DNA from: Macrostomum lignano | Lineage: Eukaryota | Reading direction: 5' to 3' | Assembly: GCA_002269645.1 (NCBI GenBank) | Contig: NIVC01003270.1 | Location: 31,063 to 95,062 of the forward strand | Length of the DNA: 64,000 nucleotides | Shown here: in pieces, positions 1 through 10,100 of the stretch | Layout of the letters: every line of letters starts with the position of its first letter | How positions within the stretch are numbered: the first letter of the stretch is position 1 | Notes under the pieces: generated by a model | What the model saw: the letters and a program-made list of their open reading frames with translations, nothing else | Told to the model about the DNA's origin: nothing | Database searches by the model: none | Translations under genes and position numbers: made by a program

Positions 1-206
1 AAGTACACAACGAGCCGCTAAAGTACACGGAGGGATAGTAAGTCAGTAACACCAGTCAGTTACACCACAAGTTTCCATTACAAAAAATGATCCAGAGTTA
101 AAAAACCCCAATAACCTCACAGCCTACTAGCTCAGTAGCAAGAGTGTGGCAGGCTCAGTTGCTAGGCTAGCCTCCCAGAATGTCAGTTGCCGGCAGCCCC
201 ATCTCT

Positions 207-1614
207 ATGACAGCTCGCCCCCAGCTCCATCACACGGCAGCTCACCCCCAGCTCCATCTCACGGCAGCTCACCCCCAGCTCCATCACACGGCAGCTCACC
301 CCCCAGCTCCATCACAGGGCAGCTCACCCCCAGCTCCATCTCACGGCAGCTCACCCCAGCTCCATCACGGCAGCTCACCCCCAGCTCCATCACGGCAGCT
401 CACCCCCAGCTCCATCTCACGGCAGCTCACCCCCAGCTCCATCACAGGGCAGCTCACCCCCAGCTCCATCACACGGCAGCTCACGCCTAGCTTTATCTCT
501 ATAGCAGCTCACCCCCAGCTCCATCTCACGGCAGCTCACCCCAGCTCCATCACACGGCAGCTCACCCCCAGCTCCATCACACGGCAGCTCACCCCCAGCT
601 CCATCACACGGCAGCTCACCCCCAGCTCCATCTCACGGCAGCTCACCCCCAGCTCCATCTCACGGCAGCTCACCCCCAGCTCCATCACACGGCAGCTCAC
701 GCCTAGCTTTATCTCTATAGCAGCTCACCCCCAGCTCCATCACACGGCAGCTCACCCCCAGCTCCATCACACGGCAGCTCACCCCCAGCTCCATCACACG
801 GCAGCTCACCCCCAGCTCCATCACACGGCAGCTCACCCCCAGCTCCATCACACGGCAGCTCACCCCCAGCTCCATCTCACGGCAGCTCACCCCCAGCTCC
901 ATCACACAGGGCAGCTCACCCCAGCTCCATCACACGGCAGCTCACCCCCAGCTCCATCACACGGCAGCTCACCCCCAGCTCCATCACACGGCAGCTCACC
1001 CCCAGCTCCATCACAGGGCAGCTCACCCCCAGCTCCATCACACGGCAGCTCACCCCCAGCTCCATCTCACGGCAGCTCACCCCAGCTCCATCTCACTGGC
1101 AGCTCACCCCCAGCTCCATCACGGCAGCTCACCCCCAGCTCCATCACACGGCAGCTCACCCCCAGCTCCATCACACGGCAGCTCACCCCCAGCTCCATCA
1201 CACGGCAGCTCACCCCCAGCTCCATCTCACGGCAGCTCACCCCAGCTCCATCACAGGGCAGCTCACCCCCAGCTCCATCACACGGCAGCTCACCCCCAGC
1301 TCCATCTCACGGCAGCTCACCCCCAGCTCCATCACACGGCAGCTCACCCCCAGCTCCATCACACGGCAGCTCACCCCAGCTCCATCACACGGCAGCTCAC
1401 CCCAGCTCCATCACACGGCAGCTCACCCCCAGCTCCATCACAGGGCAGCTCACCCCCAGCTCCACACACGGCAGCTCACCCCCAGCTCCATCACACGGCA
1501 GCTCACCCCCAGCTCCATCACACGGCAGCTCACCCCCAGCTCCATCACACGGCAGCTCACCCCCAGCTCCATCTCACGGCAGCTCACCCCCAGCTCCATC
1601 ACACGGCAGCTCAC
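207..1614. repeat. 27-bp minisatellite (GGCAGCTCACCCCCAGCTCCATCACAC)n, ~50 copies, filling an intron of the HEAT-repeat gene
   Basis: Directly visible. It produces the 9-aa periodic ORFs (HHTAAHPQL). A variant block (ACGCCTAGCTTTATCTCTATAG) recurs at ~483 and ~699, 216 bp apart. Confidence 0.97.
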
Positions 1615-2265
1615 CCATCAACCACGCAGAGCAGGCAGCGCATCCAGGTCTCCAGATTCTTCCAGCCGGCCGTGTCGTGAAAGATGGCCTCCTTGTCGTG
1701 CCGCTCCGCCGACATCATTGGCGACGGGCTGTCGGGTCGCGACGAGTCGGAAGGCGAGGCGTCCCTGGCGTCGCCAGCAGTCATCCGCTCCAAGTTGTCG
1801 CGGATGCCCGCAAGAATCAGCGGCCGGAGCAGCTCCACGAAGAAGCCGCCGCTGTCACCTCCGCCAGCCGCTTCGGCGGCTGGTCGCGCCGGCAGACTTC
1901 GCCGACGCACTCGCCGGCGACAACCCGGACTCGAAACTCCGGATCGCTGAGCAGCGGCAGAGCTCGGTCGAGATGCCGACGGAGCAGCTCCGGGGAAACC
2001 GGCGGCCGCAGCTGTTGGAGCAACAGGCAGCTGGCGCGCAGGCAACCGAAGCGCTGCTCCCAGGCCTCGGCTCCAGCTGGCCGGAGTCGGCCGCCTGCCA
2101 CTTGGTATCCAGCCAAGCTGCCACCGTTGCTAGGGCAGAGCTCAAGTCGGTTGCCAAAGCGGACTGGACGGCGGTTTCTGAGCGGTCTCGCTCGAGTTTG
2201 GTGCCTGCGCAGAGGCCATCCAGACTGGCCGTCAGCGAGGCAGACTGCGGATGATCCACCTCCAT
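1615..2265 (-). CDS. First coding exon of an uncharacterised HEAT/ARM-repeat protein (gene continues beyond the left edge)
   Basis: ATG at 2265 (MEVDHPQ). Two +1 repairs (~2080, ~1882) join three ORF frames into ...EAWEQRFGCLRASCLLL...LLSDPEFRVRVVAGECVGEVCRRD...LRPLILAGIRDNLER...IFHDTAGWKNLETWMRCLLCVVDG. The donor is GG|GTGAGC at 1615/1614, with a phase-compatible acceptor candidate TTTAG| at 18-20. The HEAT-like L..D....VR..A motif was recognised by eye. Confidence 0.6.
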
Positions 2266-2322
2266 GAATATGGATGGAGGGCGCTTGGTCTGGGTTTGGT
2301 TTGATTTTTTAAGGGCCCGGTG

Positions 2323-3043
2323 ACTGAGGATCTGGGAGGCTGGCCCAGCAACTGAGGATTTGGGAGGCTGGCCAGAAACTGAGGATCTGGGAGGCTGGCC
2401 CAGCAACTGAGGATCTGGGAGGCTGGCCCAGCAACTGAGGATCTGGGAGGCTGGCCCAGCAACTGAGGATTTGGGAGGCTGGCCCAGCAACTGAGGATCT
2501 GGGAGGCTGGCCCAGCAACTGAGGATCTGGAAGGCTGGCCCAGCAACTGAGGATTTGGGAGGCGGGCCTCAGCAACTGAGGATCTGGGAGGCTGGCTCAG
2601 CAACTGAGGATCTGGGAGGCTGGCTCAGCAACTGAGGATCTGGAAAGCTGGCTCAGCAACTGAGGATGTCGGAGGCTGGCCCAGCAACTGAGGATCTGGG
2701 AGGCGGGCCTCAGCAACTGAGGGTCTGGGAAGCTGGCTCAGCAACTGATGATGTTCGAGGCTGGCCTCAGCAACTGAGGATCTGGGAAGCTGGCTCAGCA
2801 ACTGAGGATCTGGAAAGCTGGCTCAGCAACTGAGGATGTCGGAGGCTGGCCCAGCAACTGAGGATCTGGGAGGCGGGCCTCAGCAACTGAGGGTCTGGGA
2901 AGCTGGCTCAGCAACTGATGATGTTCGAAGCTGGCCTCAGCAACTGAGGATCTGGGAAGCTGGCTCAGCAACTGAGGATCTGGGAAGCTGGCTCAGCAAC
3001 TGAGGATCTGGGAAGCTGGCTCAGCAACTGAGGAGCTGGCCCT
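2323..3043. repeat. 28-bp minisatellite (ACTGAGGATCTGGGAGGCTGGCCCAGCA)n, ~25 copies, with gradual variant drift
   Basis: The 28-bp period is visible (2323, 2351, ...). It ends ~58 bp upstream of the HEAT-gene ATG. Confidence 0.97.
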
Positions 3044-3505
3044 AGTTTATTTAGGAAACACTGAATGTCTTGAAATAAAAAAACATGGAAATGACAGCTT
3101 GTTAAAAAATATAATTTATTAGCCTTAAAACTGTCAAAGTACAGGCGGATTAATTATTTATCAAACTGATATGCTCTTAGCAACGCAATGCACTCGATGC
3201 ATTTAGATACAAAATGGGTTAGAAAATTTGTACTCAAAAAATTTTTGGATAAAAAATGATGCTTTTCGCCATGTATAATGACAGAACAGCCATGACAATG
3301 GAGTTAGGACTATAACATATTTCAATTTGTCATTTGGCACAACAAACTTGAATTAACAACAGCAAAAGTACACAAGGACAGGACCAGTTAGCAACAAACA
3401 CTCAAGCTGAATACGTTCAGAAAGAAGCACTAAATAATCGGTTACTTGTACTTTCCTACAGTATAAAGTTCGATGACGCGTAAAACAAGTGCTTTATTGG
3501 AAAAC

Positions 3506-6343
3506 TTATTCAATAAAACAGCCGTATTGATAGCACTGGGGTCTGTCTGCAGCACCGAGGACTTTCAGTTTGGTCTTTGGCATGATGATTTGATGAACTT
3601 TTCTGCGCAACATGGAGCCAGCATATTCTGGCTAAAGGCGCCACAATACAACAGGGGTGTCAAAAATCACTGAAGGGCGCCACAACTCAACAGGGGACGC
3701 CACAATCAACGGGTAGCGCCACAATCCACTAAGGGCGCCACAATCTGCCGGTGTACCTCAATACACTAGGGTCCCACAATCTACCGGGGTACCTCAATAC
3801 ACTAGGGGCCCACAATCTGCCGGGATACTTCAATACACTAGGGGCCCACAATCTGCCGGGGTACCTCAATACACTAGGGGCCCACAATCTACCGGGGTAC
3901 TCAATACACTAGGGGCCCACAATCTACCGGGGTCAATACACTAGGGGCCCACAATCTACCGGGGTACCTCAATACACTAGGGGCCCACAATCTACAGGGG
4001 TACCTCAATACACTAGGGGCCCACAATCTAACTGGGGCGCTACAAGCAACTGTGGGCACTACAATATACTTGGGAACGAAACAATACACTAGAGGGGGCG
4101 CCACACTACACTAGGGGGTGCCACACTACACTAGGGGCGCCACAATACACTAGAGGGGGCGCCACAATACACTAGAGGGGGCGCCACAATACACTAGAGG
4201 GGCGCCACAATACACTAGAGGGGCGCCACAATACACTAGAGGGGGCGCCACAATACACTAGAGGGGGCGCCACAATACACTAGAGGGGGCGCCACAATAC
4301 ACTAGAGGGGGCGCCACAATACACTAGAGGGGCGCCACGATACACTAGAGGGGCGCCACAATACACCAGAGGGGCGCCACAATATACTAGAGGGGGCGCC
4401 ACAATACACTAGAGGGGGCGCCACAATACACTAGAGGGGGCGCCACAATACACTAGAGGGGCGCCACAATACACTAGAGGGGGCGCCACAATACACTAGA
4501 GGGGGCGCCACAATACACTAGAGGGGGCGCCACAATACACCAGAGGGGCGCCACAATATACTAGAGGGGGCGCCACAATACACTAGAGGGGCGCCACAAT
4601 ACACTAGAGGGGGCGCCACAATACACTAGAGGGGCGCCACAATACACTAGAGGGGGCGCCACAATACACCAGAGGGGCGCCACAAACACTAGAGGGGGCG
4701 CCACAATACACTAGAGGGGCGCCACAATACACTAGAGGGGGCGCCACAATACACAAGAGGGGCGCCACAATACACTAGAGGGGCGCCACAATACACTAGA
4801 GGGGGCGCCACAATACACTAGAGGGGGCGCCACAATACACTAGAGGGGGCGCCACAATACACTAGAGGGGCGCCACAATACACTAGAGGGGGCGCCACAA
4901 TACACTAGAGGGGCGCCACAATACACCAGAGGGGGCGCCACAATACACTAGAGGGTGATTCCAAAGATCCCAGCTGTTTAACAAACTAAGAGTATTACTC
5001 GTGAGAAGACAAGAATGAGAGGTCCGAACACCATCAGAGACGCTGCAAGCATCAGCAGCCAACTACAGAACATTGAGCAGGCAAAGTGCTCAATGCATTA
5101 TTCTGCTTATTTTATTTCAGCAGTTATGCAAAATACTAATTAACTGCATTGGGAAATATCTAAAAATAATACTCTATATCTCACTGCAATCTGTAGCGTT
5201 GCCATGGGCGCGAGCTGAGAGTATGCCAAGACTACACTGTAACGGAATGTACAAATTCAATAGATATTACACTGTTTGATGTTAATATGTTAGCGGCTGT
5301 GAAACTATAACTATATATCAGTAAGCTGATTGACATATTTAACTAGCATATTGGCTTTCTAAGAAAAGTACATCGCGATGAAACAGTGCGCAACTTGTGA
5401 ATTCGGATTTTATTCTAACAAAAATGCCACATTTTCAACTGTCAGCATGCAAGCTTAGAGAGCTGTGTTTTGTTTTAACGACCTGCCCTAAATGACTGAC
5501 GGCACGGCGAACTGATTTTGCGGTTCAGAAGTAAAAACAGGGAAGACTGACACTGATATTGAATCTCCGCTTTGAGATCCAGAGAGCAGTCAAAATGTCA
5601 AATGCGCTGAAAATCTAGTGAGCACTTTTGGACACCTTCCATTTGGGTTTCGGACACCTTTCATTTGGGTTTCGGACACCTTCCATTTGGGTTTCGGACA
5701 CCTTTCATTTGGGTTTCGGACACCTTTCATTTGGGTTTCGGACACCTTCCATTTGGGTTTCGGACACCTTTCATTTGGGTTTCGGACACCTTTCATTTGG
5801 GTTTCGGACACCTTCCATTTGGGTTTCGGACACCTTTCATTTGGGTTTCGGACACCTTTCATTTGCGTTTCGGACACCAATTTGAAATTTGGACACCTTC
5901 CATTTGGGTTTCGGACACCTTTCATTTGGATTTCGGACACCTTTCATTTGCGTTTCGGACACCTTTCATTTGGATTTCGGACACCTTTCATTTGGATTTC
6001 GGACACCTTTCATTTGCGTTTCGGACACCTTTCATTTGGGTTTCGGACACTTTCCATTTGGGTTCCGGACACGTTCCATTAGGATTTCGGACACCTTTCA
6101 TTTGGGTTTCGGACACCTTTCATTTGGGTTTCGGACACCTTTCATTTGGATTTCGGACACCTTTCATTTGCGTTTCGGACACCTTTCATTTGGATTTCGG
6201 ACACCTTTCATTTGCGTTTCGGACACCTTTCATTTGGGTTTCGGACACTTTCCATTTGGGTTCCGGACACGTTCCATTAGGATTTCGGACACCTTTCATC
6301 TGGGTTCCGGACACCTTTCATTTGGGTTCCGGACATCTTCCAT
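3506..6343 (-). CDS. Candidate five-exon gene for a ~106-aa single-pass membrane protein (hypothetical)
   Basis: Exons 6343-6315, 5606-5552, 5231-5185, 5062-4999, 3631-3506 join in phase with GT-AG introns: MEDVRNPNESAFDILTALWISKRRFNISSWHTLSSRPWQRYRLHWLLMLAASLMVFGPLILVFSRPEYAGSMLRRKVHQ...FIE*. No homologue recognised. Splice sites were hand-picked. Confidence 0.35.
3634..4955. repeat. Composite array sharing a GG(C/G)(G/C)CCACAAT core: degenerate zone, 36-bp zone (~3750-4020), 22/23-bp zone GCGCCACAATACACTAGAGGGG(G) (~4090-4955)
   Basis: Periods were read directly (ACTAGG at 3765, 3801, 3837, 3873). Confidence 0.95.
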
Positions 6344-6345
6344 TT
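5627..6345. repeat. 22-bp minisatellite (TTTCATTTGGGTTTCGGACACC)n, ~32 copies
   Basis: The 22-bp period is visible (5641, 5663, ...). It explains the 22-aa periodic ORFs. Confidence 0.97.
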
Positions 6346-6576
6346 GTATGAGCACAAAACAGTGATTCCGGAAACTGACAACAGCAGGAAGCGGCAGCGG
6401 TGAGAACAAAATTCGCAGTTGTGAGAGAATTTCACTAACAGACAATTAGGCTGCAGCTAATTCGTAAACTCGTAAAAAAATATTCAAAGACAATTCAGGG
6501 CGTGACCTACAAAAAAAAACAGTACTGATAATAACAAAATTGTATTAGATAGGACTATTACACTAGCATGGGATTC

Positions 6577-6963
6577 CTACGAGATCAGCACCCCATAGCA
6601 ACCGTTGCTAGGCTCGCTAATCAGCGTCAATTCGGCCGGCAATGGAGAGCCGCAGGGCGGATCCTCCGCTGTCGGCTCGAACACCTGGCAGGTGAGGCCG
6701 TCGTCCCGGGCTGCGGATTCGAGCGGCGGACTGAGCAGGCGGATGGTCAGGCCCAGCGACTCGGCCAGCAGCTGCAGGTCCTCGGCTTCGGCATGGCGGC
6801 GGCCAGCAGGCGGGAACGCAGCTGCGGTTCAGGTGCCTGCCGCTGCTCAGCCTGGATGAGGGTCAGCGCCGCAGCGGCCTCCAGAAGGTCGCCGTCACCT
6901 CGGCTGCCGTTGAAGGCCTGTCAGATCAGCGGTTGACGTGCGTTCTAGGAGGAATGTATGTAT

Positions 6964-7002
<39 letters not shown>

Positions 7003-7027
7003 CACAGACAGACAGACAGACAGACAC

Positions 7028-7058
<31 letters not shown>

Positions 7059-7073
7059 GGCAGGCAGACAGAC

Positions 7074-7104
<31 letters not shown>

Positions 7105-10100
7105 TAGACAGACAGGCAGACAGACAGACAGACACAGACAGACAGACAGACAGACAGACAGGCACACAGACACACACATACACAGACAGACCTGCAGGGT
7201 CTCCCACTCGCGGAACAGCGAGCCGGGCTCAGCCCGAATGGACGCCAGCCGGGTGTGCAGGGAGCGCAGGCTGGCGCGGGCCCTGGCCAGAGGCGAGCTG
7301 GGCTGCTGCCGGGCGGCCACTGCCGCCGCAAAAGGCGACTGCGAGGCCGGCAGCTCGTCTGCTGCGGCGCAGTCCACAGCCTCCTCTGCCGCTGCGGCCG
7401 CAGCAGCCGCCGCGGTGGCGCCTGCTTGGTCAACGGGGTGGAACGGCCAGGTGTCGCTGAGCCAGCCGTGACGAGCGAAGGCCGAGTCCAATTCCTACGG
7501 GGCGGTGAGTGCAAATGCAGCGCTGCAGATTCACCTGATTTGATCTCAGCCCTTGAATTATAATTATAGCTTCTATTTTCGAAGACAAATTTTAAGCATT
7601 CATTACACTCGCAATTAATTACTATAATGCAACTCTCAAGCATGGGCCTGGTCTTATCTATAGTTTCGTCTACTAATACCAACCTTACCTACACTCTTGA
7701 TTTGTATGCAATTCGTTAGTAGTAGTATGGCCTCAGCCTTGTCATTTTACTGCAATGTACTTTTATAATTGCATCATTCAAATTTCTTTCCAGCTTAGTC
7801 TAATCGCATCTCCTTAACTATATTTACTTATTGGACTGTTTCAGTCCAATCTCATCCCCAGTTCAATCTAATCTCATCCCTAGTTTAATCTAATCTCATC
7901 CCTATTCCAGTCTAATTTTATCCCCATTTCAGTCCAATCTCATCCCCAGTTCAATCTAATCTCATCCCTAGTTTAATCTAATCTCATCCCTATTCCAGTC
8001 TAATTTTATCCCCACTTCAGTCCAATCTCATCCCCAGTTCAATCTAATCTCATCCCTAGTTTAATCTAATCTCATCCCTATTCCAGTCTAATTTTATCCC
8101 CATTTCAGTCCAATCTCATCCCCAGTTCAATCTAATCTCATCCCTAGTTTAATCTAATCTCATCCCTATTCCAGTCTAATTTTATCCCCACTTCAGTCCA
8201 ATCTCATCCCCAGTTCAATCTAATCTCATCCCTAGTTTAATCTAATCTCATCCCTATTCCAGTCTAATTTTATCCCTATTTCAGTCCAATCTCATCCCCA
8301 GTTCAATCCAATCTTATCCGCAGTTCAGTCTAATCTCATCCGTATTCCAGTCTAGTATCAGCCCAGCCGCACCTGCAAGCAGTGCTGGCAGTCCCCGGGC
8401 AGGTGCCGCCGCTTCAAGCAGAATCCAAAGAGCGCCGCCCTGTGCAGAGCGCAGCGCCGTCTCGACCAGCTGCCGAAGCTGTCGGCGCCAGCGACGCGCC
8501 GAATAAAAGCGCCGCGACCGCTGCAGTCGGCTAGGAAGCGCTGACGCTGCTGCTCTGCTGAGCAGTGCAACGCCGACTTGGCATAGTCGGTGAGTCGCTC
8601 TAATTGGCCGATGGGCAGGCGGTGACTCCGCTGCTGCTCAGGCGAGGATGCCGCCTGCTCAAACGGTGACTCTGTGATGACGGATGCGTCTGGCGACTCG
8701 CTAGCCAGAATGCTGCCTACAATTCCGTTGAATGTCGAATTTCAAATGTTGATGATGAATGAGATGAAACAGAGTCACTTGCGTTGCCCCCAGAGTCTTT
8801 TTAGACTCGTTGCAGGTAAAAAAATAAAAAAATAAGTGACTCTACATGTAGACGCCTTTGAAACGGCGAGATGCCACGGTACAGGTGGCCGAAAAAGCCG
8901 TCAGAGTCGCCTAACAGTCAATTTGATGTGTTTTGTTGTTTGCGACTCTGGGGCCATAGAGTCGTACCTGAGGCGTGCTTGAGTCGCTGTAGACTCACTT
9001 GGTTGCGTCTGGAGCGCATTTGCGCCACTTTATGAATTAGAATCTCATTCCTCGTTTATAAAAACTCTGTTTAGTGACTCAGTGAGTCACCAGTGAGTTG
9101 TTCACAATGACTCTTCAGTGATTATTGTCTCGGTAACTGTTTTTTTAACGGGATCAGAATGGAAGCAGAGGCAAGAAATGCGAGGAGAATTGAAGTTGAC
9201 ATTTTTTCAACGCAACATTTGCTATTGCTTTGGGGCAGACCCAATTTTTATCTTTTGATATGCATTGCCTTTCTTAATAGCTTAATAGCTAATAGTACAA
9301 TCGCACATCATGTGTTTAAGAATCATAAAAATGGTATGGATTGACTTATTAGTTTTATGAATAGATTTTTATTCAGTCTTAGCTCTATAAATACCAATCA
9401 AGCTATAAGAAAGGCGTGTACATTAGGTCTGTCTCCTTTAAAAACAATAACGGTTTTTGTGCTGATCAAATGAAAGCCTCCAATTTCCGTAATGCATTTT
9501 TTGAAATCGTACCTCAATTTTTCATTCAAAGAAATGCAGTCTCCCGTCCTACTTGAGAATTTATCGACTGTTAATGCAGAATATGTTAAAGTAGTGTCTG
9601 CTAGCAACGCATTCAAATGTTAAACAATGCGCTTAGTTTTCAAAGTACAATATGTCAGGAAATAAACCTAGCAATAACTTCTGTAGCCAAAGTGCAATTT
9701 AATTTGGGACAGAGGCTGCGGCAGTGCAGTTGGCTGAGGCTTGCAAATTTCCTGACTCAAAGAAAGCCAATTCGCTTCTTGGCTCTTTCCGCGCCAGCGG
9801 ATTTCAAGGACGGCCCGACTTTATTAACAAGGTTAGCTTCAGTTGCTAGGCAGAAATGTGACTGCAAATATTGTCGAAAAAACTGTTAGCATTTGTTATC
9901 AGCAACTAGCATAGTGCGTTAGAATCTTAATTATGATTTATTGTTCGGTGTAACTAGCCGACGTGTTAAGCTCAGAAGGCAAAAATCATGAGGCTTTTAT
10001 CTAGCGATTGATACATTATAAATGGTTAAATATGCTTCTGAAATCTGCAGTGCTATGAAGTCCAAGCACCTGAACGATCGGTTATTATTGAATTCAGATT

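Noticed and set aside
3506-6343. Naming the micro-exon gene SMIM14 or JAGN1
   Set aside because: There is only a loose resemblance around the TM helix (MV..LIL..RP..GS; NIS.L). The SMIM14 CEC motif and most of the JAGN1 length are missing.
5619-6356. TGAGCAC on both sides of the 22-bp array as a target-site duplication
   Set aside because: There are no terminal inverted repeats or poly(A) tail; a 7-mer match can be chance.
6921-6923. Selenocysteine at the in-frame TGA
   Set aside because: It aligns to a non-catalytic position, no SECIS-like stem was recognised in the very short 3' region, and an alternative acceptor explains it.
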